This document shows, piece by piece, positions 9,472 through 18,187 of a DNA stretch of 64,000 bases. The position numbers and the translations under genes are program-made. This DNA is from Clostridia bacterium. GTDB taxonomy: Bacteria > Bacillota > Clostridia > Oscillospirales > CAG-272. The stretch covers positions 334 through 64,333 of the forward strand of contig JAFTZH010000025.1 in assembly GCA_017464565.1 (NCBI GenBank), written 5' to 3'. How positions within the stretch are numbered: the first letter of the stretch is position 1; each line of letters opens with the position of its first letter. Under the pieces are notes generated by a model, which saw nothing but the letters and a program-made list of their open reading frames with translations, was not told where the DNA came from and made no database searches.

Positions 9472-11220
9472 TTATTTCGCGTATTTTTTCTTAACTATAA
9501 GCTTTATTACGAAGAGCGTAGCTACCGTGAGAACTATTCCTATAGGAAGAGCTATCCAAGCGTTCTGAACGAATCCCGAGAATATGTACATTACGAAGGA
9601 TATCGCCGCAACGGTTATCGCGTAGGGAAGCTGTGTAGATACGTGATTGAGGTGGTTGCACTGACCTCCGGCGGAGGACATAATCGTAGTGTCCGAGATT
9701 GGCGAGCAGTGGTCTCCGCATACGGCACCCGCGAGACACGCGGAAATACCGATTATATAAAGGGGATTGGTGGGGTCTACAAATATAGAAGTTACTATAG
9801 GAATGAGTATTCCAAACGTACCCCAGGAGGTTCCCGTAGCGAAGGAGAGACCGCAGGCGACGAGGAATATAATAGCGGGCAGGAAGTTGGCGAGGCCTGC
9901 TTGACCGCTCATAAGATCGCCGATGAAATATTTTGCTCCGAGTATGGAGGTCATATTCTTAAGAGCGGTAGCAAAGGTAAGAATCATAATTGCGGGTACC
10001 ATTGCTATAAAGCCCTGTGGAACGCAGTCCATAGATTCCTTGAAGCTTATGACTTTACGGCAGAGCATATAAACCATAGTTATAACCAGCGCAACGAGAC
10101 CGCCCCAAGGCAAGCCTACGGTTGCGTCGGTATTTGCGAAAGCGTCTATAAAGTTAGCTCCGTCCATAATTCCGCCGACGTAAACGAGAGCGAAAACGCA
10201 GGAAACTATGAGGGCGATTATTGGGAATACGAGGTCTATGACCTTACCCTTTGAGGAGGGAACGACTTCAACCGATTCGTTTTTCTCACCGCAGGTGTAA
10301 AGGTCGTTGTTTTCTATCGCGTTTATCTCGTGGATACGCATAGAGCAGTAATCAAAATTCATAAGAGTTATCGCTATTATGAATACGAGCGTGAGCAGAG
10401 AATAGAAGTTGAAGGGAATTGCCTTGATAAAGAGGGCGAGTCCCTGACCGTCTTCGGCGTAGCTTGATACAGCCGCCGCCCAGCTCGATATGGGAGCTAT
10501 CATACAGACGGGAGCCGCGGTAGCGTCGATAAGATACGCGAGCTTTGCGCGGGATATTCTGTGACTGTCGGTAACGGGGCGCATTACCGAGCCTACCGTC
10601 AGACAGTTGAAATAGTCGTCAATGAATATCAGAACTCCGAGTACGAAGGTAGCAAGCATAGCTCCCGCGCGGGTTTTGATATGAGTTTTTGCCCAATTTC
10701 CGAAAGCGGCAGAGCCGCCCGCTTTGTTTACGAGTGCGACGATGATGCCAAGCTCAACGAGGAATATGAATATTCCCGCGCTTCCCGCAACGGCGGAGAT
10801 AAGACCGTCGTTTATTACAGAGTCAAGCGTTCCCGTGAATGAGAAATCGGAATACATAAGCGCACCGGCAACGACTCCGATAAGCAGCGAGCTGTAAACC
10901 TCTTTGGTAATGAGCGCAAGACCTATTGCTATTACGGGAGGCAGGAGTGCCCAGAGAGAGCCTCGAACCGAGCCTTCGCCCGCGCAGGTCTCACATTCGA
11001 GTGTTCCTGCGGCTTCGCAATCCGAACATTCTTCAAATTGTTCTTCTTCAATTTCTATCTTACCCTCGCCTTTACAGGTTTCGCATTCAACGATGCCGTC
11101 AGCGCCGCAATCGGGACAGCCCACGGTCTTCATAGAACCGTCGGTTACTGCCGAAACAACGAGCAGGGCGACAATTGCGACAATCGCGACGATAAGAACG
11201 ATTTTCTTTGCCTTTGTCAT
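9472..11220 (-). CDS. NhaC-family Na+/H+ antiporter with N-terminal TM anchor and DnaJ-type 4x CxxCxGxG zinc-finger module
   Basis: Start chosen at ATG 11220 (SD GGAGG 6 nt upstream) rather than the ORF-track 11319. Zinc-finger residues are CPDCGADG..CETCKGEG..CSDCEAAG..CETCAGEG. The body has many TM helices with NhaC-like FIDDYFNCLTVGSVMRPVTD and LIDATAAPVCMIAPISSW. Confidence 0.75.
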   Translation of the reverse strand: MTKAKKIVLIVAIVAIVALLVVSAVTDGSMKTVGCPDCGADGIVECETCKGEGKIEIEEEQFEECSDCEAAGTLECETCAGEGSVRGSLWALLPPVIAIGLALITKEVYSSLLIGVVAGALMYSDFSFTGTLDSVINDGLISAVAGSAGIFIFLVELGIIVALVNKAGGSAAFGNWAKTHIKTRAGAMLATFVLGVLIFIDDYFNCLTVGSVMRPVTDSHRISRAKLAYLIDATAAPVCMIAPISSWAAAVSSYAEDGQGLALFIKAIPFNFYSLLTLVFIIAITLMNFDYCSMRIHEINAIENNDLYTCGEKNESVEVVPSSKGKVIDLVFPIIALIVSCVFALVYVGGIMDGANFIDAFANTDATVGLPWGGLVALVITMVYMLCRKVISFKESMDCVPQGFIAMVPAIMILTFATALKNMTSILGAKYFIGDLMSGQAGLANFLPAIIFLVACGLSFATGTSWGTFGILIPIVTSIFVDPTNPLYIIGISACLAGAVCGDHCSPISDTTIMSSAGGQCNHLNHVSTQLPYAITVAAISFVMYIFSGFVQNAWIALPIGIVLTVATLFVIKLIVKKKYAK

Positions 11221-11290
11221 AAAACCTCCAAAAAAATAAATATTTGTGGCGTGATATACGGAAAGAACCTCCGTACAAATACATAGATTA

Positions 11291-11319
11291 ATTTTAACAC
11301 ATAATTTGCCATTTTGCAA
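11291..11319 (-). promoter_or_regulatory. sigmaA-type promoter of the antiporter gene
   Basis: Minus strand TTGCAA (11319-11314), 17 bp, TAAAAT (11296-11291). Confidence 0.5.
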
Positions 11320-11390
11320 TACTTTTTTGTTAAAAAAGACATAATTCGAGCGGAAAAGTTAGTTTGTGTATGGGGTTGTTTTATGTTTAT

Positions 11391-11500
11391 GGGGGAGGAG
11401 CTTTTTCCAAAAAGCTCCTCCCCCAAACCCCCTCCGCAAAAAACTTAAACGTTGGGTATGTTTTTTATATTTTGTCTTGCTTCCTACGGAGAGCTTAATT
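11391..11500. repeat. Half copy of the palindromic repeat family (hairpin + one arm + half of the central hairpin)
   Basis: gggggaggagctttttccaaaaagctcctccccc then aaaccccctccgcaaaaaacttaaacgttgggt..ttttgtcttgcttcctacggagag. This aligns with the reverse complement of 37775-37886 and of 6120-6238. Confidence 0.8.
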
Positions 11501-11884
11501 CGGATTCCTCTCATACTCGGGCTTGTTCGTGGGAGAGTGTCATTCTGAGTGAAGAACACGAATGGTCTTCGTCTCCTCCTGAACCATATGGAAATATATT
11601 CGTTCCTTTTTTATAAAAAACGATTTTTAAAGCCCTTTTTCGATTTGTGTTTTTGAAAATCAATTCGCTTTTATTTGATATTTTCTTATGAAATGTATAC
11701 CGATTTTTCGGGAATTAGTTGCCGTTTACACTCGTTTTAATGTAATATTTTTAAAGAAATGTAAATTAATGTAAATAGGAAAGAGATATAGACATTTATA
11801 GTTCCAAAATCGGAAAAAATAAAAAATATTTTCGGGAAATTCAAAAAAAACTGAATTAATTTTTGAGGAATTTTTGTATTTCTC

Positions 11885-11913
11885 TTGCGATTAAATATAA
11901 AGTGTTTTATAAT
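11885..11913 (+). promoter_or_regulatory. Promoter of the dcw cluster (Pmra equivalent)
   Basis: TTGCGA (11885-11890), 17 bp, TATAAT (11908-11913). An AAAGTGT box (11899-11905) sits inside the spacer. Confidence 0.6.
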
Positions 11914-11924
11914 AATAACACCAC

Positions 11925-11963
11925 AAAAGTGGAGCGAAATGGTGCAAAGTGTTTAAAAGTGTT
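11925..11963 (+). promoter_or_regulatory. Array of four direct A(G/A)TG(G/T) boxes at exact 10-bp spacing, candidate MraZ operator
   Basis: aaaAGTGGagcgaaATGGtgcaaAGTGTttaaaAGTGTtt. Box cores lie at 11928, 11938, 11948 and 11958, between the promoter and mraZ. Confidence 0.55.
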
Positions 11964-12004
11964 TAAAAATCGCTTCAAAAAAGACCGAAAGGAGGCAAAA
12001 GATA

Positions 12005-12427
12005 ATGTTATCGGGAGAATTCAAACACAATCTTGACCCCAAAAACAGATTGTTTATACCCGCAAAACACAGAGAAGAGCTTGGAGAAAGCTTTATGATA
12101 GCCCGAAGCATTCGCGATAACTGCCTCCAGGTATATTCGATGAGCGAATGGGAGAAATATATAGAGCCTATAAAGAAGATGGATAGAAAGGATTCCGAAA
12201 TTATTTTGAGAAGCCTTCACAGAAACGCGGCACAGGTATCTCCCGACTCACAGGGAAGAATAGTTCTTCCCGCCTCTCTTATTCAGCACGCGGGCATAAG
12301 CAAGGGCGCGGTCGTGGTAGGCTGCGGAACTTATGCGGAGATTTGGAGCGAAGAGGTATACGAAAAGACGCTTGAAGAGGAAAACCTCGACGATATCAAG
12401 GCGGTTCTCGAATCGTTTGGACTTTAA
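12005..12427 (+). CDS. mraZ: Division/cell wall cluster transcriptional regulator MraZ
   Basis: MLSGEFKHNLDPKNRLFIPAKHREELG.. and a second SpoVT/AbrB-like repeat DSQGRIVLPASL; SD AAAGGAGG upstream. Confidence 0.95.
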   Translation: MLSGEFKHNLDPKNRLFIPAKHREELGESFMIARSIRDNCLQVYSMSEWEKYIEPIKKMDRKDSEIILRSLHRNAAQVSPDSQGRIVLPASLIQHAGISKGAVVVGCGTYAEIWSEEVYEKTLEEENLDDIKAVLESFGL

Positions 12428-12438
12428 GAGAGCTGACG

Positions 12439-13371
12439 ATGGAATTTTCACATTATTCTGTACTGCTTAATGAAAGCATTGACGCTTTGAATGTAAATCC
12501 CGACGGAATATACGTTGACGGTACGGCGGGAGGCGGAGGACATTCCTTTGAGATAGCGAAAAGACTCCGCGGAGGAAAACTTATAGCGATAGACCAGGAC
12601 GCGGACGCGATAGCGGCGGCAGGAAAAAGGCTTGAGTGCTTCGGAGACAGAGTAACACTCGTACGAAATAATTTTTCAAAGCTTGCGGACGTGTGCACTG
12701 AGCTTGGAATAGACGCGATAGACGGATTCCTTATCGACGCGGGGGTTTCTTCCTTTCAGCTTGACTGCGCGGAAAGAGGCTTTGCGTACAGCGCGGACGC
12801 TCCGCTTGATATGAGAATGGATACCCGCAATTCACTTACTGCTCAAAAAGTGGTGAACGAATACGGAGAGCAGGAATTAAAAAAGATACTTTTTGAATAC
12901 GGAGAGGAACGGTTCTCTCCCGCGATAGCGGCGGCGATAGTCAAAGAGAGGAGCAAGGCCCCGATAGAGACTACCTCGCAGCTCTCGAATATAATAAAGG
13001 GCGCGATACCCGCTTTCGCGAGAGAAGGCGGTCATCATCCCGCAAAGAGAAGCTTTCAGGCAATACGGATAGAGGTCAACCGAGAGCTTGACGTTATAGA
13101 ACCCGCGATAAGAGCGGCGGAGAGGCTTATGAGAAACGGCGGACGAATAGCCGTGATAACCTTCCACTCTCTTGAGGACAGGATAGTGAAGCAGACGTTC
13201 GCTTCTCTCGCTTCGGGCTGTACCTGTCCGAGAAGCTTTCCCGTTTGCGTGTGCGGCAAAAAGCCGTCGCTCAAGATTGTAAACAAGAAACCCGTTCTTC
13301 CAAGCCCGAAAGAGCTTGAGGAGAACCCGCGGTCAAGGAGCGCAAAGCTTCGGGTTGCGGAGAAAATATAA
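12439..13371 (+). CDS. rsmH: 16S rRNA (cytosine1402-N4)-methyltransferase RsmH
   Basis: HYSVLLNESIDAL..YVDGTAGGGGHS..IAIDQD..FHSLEDRIVK motifs. Confidence 0.95.
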   Translation: MEFSHYSVLLNESIDALNVNPDGIYVDGTAGGGGHSFEIAKRLRGGKLIAIDQDADAIAAAGKRLECFGDRVTLVRNNFSKLADVCTELGIDAIDGFLIDAGVSSFQLDCAERGFAYSADAPLDMRMDTRNSLTAQKVVNEYGEQELKKILFEYGEERFSPAIAAAIVKERSKAPIETTSQLSNIIKGAIPAFAREGGHHPAKRSFQAIRIEVNRELDVIEPAIRAAERLMRNGGRIAVITFHSLEDRIVKQTFASLASGCTCPRSFPVCVCGKKPSLKIVNKKPVLPSPKELEENPRSRSAKLRVAEKI

Positions 13372-13414
13372 AAATTTCATTATTTATATATAGAGAAAAT
13401 TACGGAGGTAAAAA

Positions 13415-14257
13415 ATGGCTGTCAATTATACTAACGATTCTTATAACCGTTGCATAACCGAGCTTCGCGCGAGATACGTCGGAAGAGGCGTAAGCGTGAG
13501 CGCGAAACGCACGGCGGCAGAGCAGGAAGCGAACGAAAGCAAAAATATGCTTGCTGCCCGCTCCGAGTCTTACGTAAGCTTTGATCGTGTCAGCGGAATA
13601 TCCAACGAATACCGCAGCGGCGAATATAAGGGCAGCAAATATATGACCTCCGATGATTTTGTAAGATATTTCAGAAACAGAAATACTTATAATATACCGA
13701 TAGCCCTCAGAAGCGCGCAGCAATCTATGCAGTCAAAAGCGCAGAGACCGCAGACGGCGGTTACAGCCAGAGGAGCGAAGAAGGATTCGCTTGCGGCATC
13801 TGACGGCACCTCAAAGGAGGGCCATTTAAAATCACGCATTGAGACGTTCGTAACCAAATGGTTTCCCAAAGAGCCCGTCGCGGGAAGAAGCGAGGGAGAG
13901 AAGTTCAAGCTTCCCGTTTCCGCTATCGGAAGTATGGCGGCTTTCGCTCTGTCTCTCGGGCTTATAGTGGGCGGTTCCGTTATGATAGGAAGCGCGTCGG
14001 GAGAGGTTGGAACTCTCAACAGCACGATATCACGGCTTGAGGCTGAACAGACCGAGCTTCAAAGCGCGCTCGATCTTAAGTACAATATCCAAGATATAGA
14101 AGAAGACGCAAAGAGCCTCGGAATGATAAACAAGGAATACGCCGAGAAAGCGTACGTTGGCGTTTCCGAGGAAGAGGATATAGAGATATACGAGGACGAG
14201 AATACGAACGTCGGATTTGCGGCGCTGCTCAGTGCTTTTGGTATTAATATTGATTGA
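13415..14257 (+). CDS. FtsL-position bitopic division protein (long cytoplasmic N-terminus, one TM, coiled coil)
   Basis: 280 aa, SD GGAGG. Single TM AIGSMAAFALSLGLIVGGSVMIG followed by a coiled-coil LNSTISRLEAEQTELQSALDLK. Position between rsmH and the PBP matches ftsL. Confidence 0.55.
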   Translation: MAVNYTNDSYNRCITELRARYVGRGVSVSAKRTAAEQEANESKNMLAARSESYVSFDRVSGISNEYRSGEYKGSKYMTSDDFVRYFRNRNTYNIPIALRSAQQSMQSKAQRPQTAVTARGAKKDSLAASDGTSKEGHLKSRIETFVTKWFPKEPVAGRSEGEKFKLPVSAIGSMAAFALSLGLIVGGSVMIGSASGEVGTLNSTISRLEAEQTELQSALDLKYNIQDIEEDAKSLGMINKEYAEKAYVGVSEEEDIEIYEDENTNVGFAALLSAFGINID

Positions 14258-14333
14258 CAGCGAATAAAGGATTGCGACCTCTCATAATATATAATGTTAC
14301 GGCTTCATTCCACGGGGAAAGGAGAGAGGTACG

Positions 14334-16619
14334 ATGGAAAAGGGCTCGATAAGCACCTCCGCGCTGAGGCGGTCTTTGATACTTGGTATAGCGATATTTT
14401 CGGTTTTCGGTCTGCTTATGCTGAGGATACTCATAATACAGACGGTAGATTTTGAAAAATATCAGAACAAGGTAATCAATCAGATGACCACCGAATCTCC
14501 CGTTCCCGCCGACCGAGGCAAGATATACGACCGAAACGGCGACGTTCTCGCTACAAATATCACGACCTACCGAGTTTTTATTTCACCCTCGGGAATACTT
14601 GCGGCGCAGAATGAAGCGGGCGCCGACAGTAAAACGCAGTATGCGGAGATAATAGCTTACGGGCTTCAGCAGACGCTCGGCGTATCCTACGACGACGTTT
14701 ATAAGCAGGCTACCGAATATACGGAATATCTCGACCGAACGATAAAAAGAAAGGTTGACGAGGAAACCGCCGACGTCGTAAGACAATTTATAGAGGATTA
14801 CGAGCTTGGAACTATGGTGTATCTCGAAGCGCAGAGCACGAGATATTATCCCGGCGGAACGCTTGCCGCCCATATGATAGGCTTTACGAGCAGCGACGGA
14901 ATAGGTCTTTACGGACTTGAATATCAATATAACGAGTACTTAAAAGGAATAGACGGATATTATATAACCGCGAGAGACTCATACGGAAACGAGATGCCGT
15001 ACGAGTATTCAAGCTATATAGACGCGGTAAGCGGATATAATCTGACTACCACGATAGACACGACGATACAGAATTTTCTTGAGGAACAGCTTGAAGCGAC
15101 GGTTACCGAGACCGAGGCGCAGAACAGAGCGTGCGGAATAGTTATGAACGTTAAGACGGGAGCCGTTTTGGCTATGGCTACCTCATCACCCTTCGACCTT
15201 AACGACCCGTGGACGATGGACGCGCTTTCGTATCAGGAGCTCGTTACGAGCGGATATACTCCCGATTCTGAAAAATATAACGAGCTTTCACGCGAGCTGC
15301 TTATGACTATGTGGTCGAATAAGGCGATAACCGAGAGCTATATTCCCGGTTCAACCTTTAAGATAATCACCTCGTCTATGGCTCTTGAGGAACAACTCGT
15401 AAACCTTAACGAAACTCTTTCCTGTTCCGGCTCGCATACGGTAAGCGGAATAAGGATAAAATGCCATAAGGTAAACGGACACGGTACGCTGACCTATTCA
15501 CAGGGACTTCAGCAGTCCTGCAACGTATGGTTTATGACGCTCGGACAGCGCATAGGAATAACGAATTATCAGAAATACGTAAAAGCCTTCGGATATTATG
15601 AAAAAACGGGCATAGACCTTCCCGGTGAGGGAAACAGTATATTTATATCGGATATGAGCGAGCTTGACCTTGCTATCTACGCTTTCGGACAGAATTTCAA
15701 CGTTACTCCGATACAGCAGATATGCGCGGTCGCCGCGGTTGCAAACGGCGGAACGCTCGTAACCCCCTACGTCGTCGAATCAATATCCGACAACGCGGGG
15801 AACACCATTTACCGCCACGAGACCGAGGTTAAGCGCCAAGTTGTGAGCGAGGCGGTGTGCGATACTCTCGCAACGGTTCTTGAAGAAGGCGTTTCGGGAG
15901 ACGGCGGCGCGAAGAACGCGTACGTCGCGGGTTACAGAGTAGCCGCAAAAACGGGTACGTCGGAGAAAAAGACCGAGGGCTCGGAGGGAATGTATATATG
16001 CTCCTGCGTGGCTTTCGCTCCCGCGGACGATCCTGAAATAGCGATAATAATAATAGTTGACGAGCCGACTAAGGGAAGCCTTTACGGAAGTACCGTGGCG
16101 GCACCTTATATATCGGCGGCGCTTGAAAACATTCTGCCTTATTACGGCGTTGAGCCGATATATACGGCGGAGGAGATAGAAAATACGGCGGTCAGAGTAT
16201 CCAATTATAAGGGATACAGCCTTGAATACGCCAAGACGATAGCCGAAAAGCAGGGAATAAAAGTAGAGATAGGCGGAGGAACGGGAGACAGGGTTACCTC
16301 GCAGATCCCCCCCGCGGGAACCGAGATAGATAAGGACTCGGGTGTAGTAGTTCTGTATTTCGGCAACGCCGAGCCTACGAACGAGCTGATAGTTCCCGAC
16401 CTCGTGGGCAAAACGTCGGTGGCGGCAAATCAGATACTTGAAAATATGGGACTTAACGTGCAGATAGACGGCGTAAACAATCCGTTCGTCTCGGAGCACA
16501 ACGTTCCTTACGTGTTCTCACAGTCGATCGCTCCCGGTACCGCGGTAGCGCCGGGTACCGTCGTAACCTTGGAATTCAGATATAACGACGGAGACGAGGA
16601 GCCCGATTATTTGAGCTGA
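14334..16619 (+). CDS. Class B penicillin-binding protein (FtsI/SpoVD-type) with C-terminal PASTA domains
   Basis: 761 aa, N-terminal TM, dimerisation domain, transpeptidase motifs STFK (PGSTFKII), SCN, KTGT (AAKTGTSE), two PASTA-like repeats at the C-terminus. Confidence 0.9.
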   Translation: MEKGSISTSALRRSLILGIAIFSVFGLLMLRILIIQTVDFEKYQNKVINQMTTESPVPADRGKIYDRNGDVLATNITTYRVFISPSGILAAQNEAGADSKTQYAEIIAYGLQQTLGVSYDDVYKQATEYTEYLDRTIKRKVDEETADVVRQFIEDYELGTMVYLEAQSTRYYPGGTLAAHMIGFTSSDGIGLYGLEYQYNEYLKGIDGYYITARDSYGNEMPYEYSSYIDAVSGYNLTTTIDTTIQNFLEEQLEATVTETEAQNRACGIVMNVKTGAVLAMATSSPFDLNDPWTMDALSYQELVTSGYTPDSEKYNELSRELLMTMWSNKAITESYIPGSTFKIITSSMALEEQLVNLNETLSCSGSHTVSGIRIKCHKVNGHGTLTYSQGLQQSCNVWFMTLGQRIGITNYQKYVKAFGYYEKTGIDLPGEGNSIFISDMSELDLAIYAFGQNFNVTPIQQICAVAAVANGGTLVTPYVVESISDNAGNTIYRHETEVKRQVVSEAVCDTLATVLEEGVSGDGGAKNAYVAGYRVAAKTGTSEKKTEGSEGMYICSCVAFAPADDPEIAIIIIVDEPTKGSLYGSTVAAPYISAALENILPYYGVEPIYTAEEIENTAVRVSNYKGYSLEYAKTIAEKQGIKVEIGGGTGDRVTSQIPPAGTEIDKDSGVVVLYFGNAEPTNELIVPDLVGKTSVAANQILENMGLNVQIDGVNNPFVSEHNVPYVFSQSIAPGTAVAPGTVVTLEFRYNDGDEEPDYLS

Positions 16620-16668
16620 CGGCTGCGGTTGCCGAGGAAGTTTAAAGAATAAACTTTCGGAGGCATAT

Positions 16669-18168
16669 ATGATAGCGTCGGAATTATTTTCAAAAGCGGG
16701 AATAAAATGTCCGCAGAATGCGGAAAATATTGAAATCACAGAAATAGTAACCGATTCGCGAAGGGTGCGCGAGGGAAGCCTTTTTGTCTGTATAAAGGGA
16801 CTTCATTTCGACGGACACGAGCGTATCGGGGACGCGATAAAAGCAGGTGCCGCGGTTATAGTGGCAGAGCAAGTGCGTGACGATGGTGTGGGTGGTGCCG
16901 CAGCAGTTTATGTTGAAAACACCAGACGGGCCGCCGCTTTGCTCTATAACGCTTGGCACGGCGATCCGTCACGGAGTATGACCGTCGTGGCGGTTACGGG
17001 TACCAACGGAAAGACCTCTCTTTGCTATATACTCAAAAGTATATTTGAGCGGGCGGGCTTTCGCTGCGGACTTATAGGAACGGTCAGATGTATGAGCGGG
17101 GACAGAGTGCTTCAAACGAGCAATTCAAACCCTCTCGCTAATATGACTACTCCCGATCCCGACGAGCTGTATAGGCTTCTTTCGGTGATGAGGGATGACG
17201 GAGCGGAATACGTTTTTATCGAGGCGACCTCGCACGCCCTGGCACTGTCAAAGCTTGACGCTCTGACCGTGGATACGGCGGTGCTTACGAATTTCACACG
17301 GGATCATCTCGATTTTCACGGCTCTATGGAGGAATACTTCAAAGCAAAGGCAAGGCTTTTCGGTATGTGCCGAAGAGCGGTAATAAACGCCGACAGTGCG
17401 TGGGCGGAAAAATTTACGGCTTCTGCCGACTGCAAAGAGATATTTACCGTATCGGCAAAGACCTCTGCCGATTTCTCGGCGGAGAGCGTTGAATATCTTA
17501 AAGACAGAGGCGTAAGATACGATTTTAATTACGGCGAGGGAAGGACAGAGATGAGCATATCTCTGCCGGGAAAATTTTTTCTCGACAATTCGCTGGAAGC
17601 GGCGGCGGTCGCTTATACTTACGGGATAGCTCCGAGCGTTATAGCGGAGGCTGTAGTATCCTTCGGCGGAGTGGACGGAAGAATGGAGAGAGTATCTCTC
17701 GGAGAGAACGCCGATATATCGGTGTTTATAGATTACGCGCATACGCCCGACGCGGTAGAAAATCTTCTTAAGAGCGTCAGAGCGTTTAGGGAGAATGAGC
17801 AGAGGATAGTTCTTCTTTTCGGATGCGGAGGAGAAAGAGACAGAAGCAAGAGACGGGAAATGGCGCAAATAGCGTCAAGACTTGCCGATTTCGTTATAAT
17901 TACCTCCGACAACAGCAGAGGAGAAGCGCCCGAGCAGATATTTTCCGATATCCTGAAGGGAATGGATAAGGAAAAGGAGTTTGCGCTTATAGAGGACAGA
18001 CGGGCGGCTATCGAATACGCAGTATTTAATTCAAAGAAAAAAGACGTAATAATCCTTGCGGGAAAGGGACACGAGCGGTACGAGATAAACGCTCTCGGCA
18101 GATTGCCGTTTGACGAAAGAGAAATCGTTCGGAGTGCCTACGCAAGATACAAAGCTATCTATTATTGA
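16669..18168 (+). CDS. murE: UDP-N-acetylmuramoyl-tripeptide synthetase MurE
   Basis: VTGTNGKTS P-loop, Mur ligase central and C-terminal domains, DNSRGE in the DNPR position. Confidence 0.9.
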   Translation: MIASELFSKAGIKCPQNAENIEITEIVTDSRRVREGSLFVCIKGLHFDGHERIGDAIKAGAAVIVAEQVRDDGVGGAAAVYVENTRRAAALLYNAWHGDPSRSMTVVAVTGTNGKTSLCYILKSIFERAGFRCGLIGTVRCMSGDRVLQTSNSNPLANMTTPDPDELYRLLSVMRDDGAEYVFIEATSHALALSKLDALTVDTAVLTNFTRDHLDFHGSMEEYFKAKARLFGMCRRAVINADSAWAEKFTASADCKEIFTVSAKTSADFSAESVEYLKDRGVRYDFNYGEGRTEMSISLPGKFFLDNSLEAAAVAYTYGIAPSVIAEAVVSFGGVDGRMERVSLGENADISVFIDYAHTPDAVENLLKSVRAFRENEQRIVLLFGCGGERDRSKRREMAQIASRLADFVIITSDNSRGEAPEQIFSDILKGMDKEKEFALIEDRRAAIEYAVFNSKKKDVIILAGKGHERYEINALGRLPFDEREIVRSAYARYKAIYY

Positions 18169-18187
18169 AGCGGAAAGGGAGAAGGAT

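Noticed and set aside
11221-11319. Upstream extension of the antiporter ORF to 11319 (MQNGKLCVKINLC..)
   Set aside because: The extension covers the predicted promoter and has no SD. ATG 11220 has GGAGG at optimal distance and gives a normal MTKAKK-TM start.
18110-18187. murF start at 18110 overlapping murE by 59 nt, and likewise the cspA start at 29114
   Set aside because: Internal ATGs (18188; 29219) have good SDs and give canonical N-termini. The extensions overlap the upstream gene or the 5' UTR.
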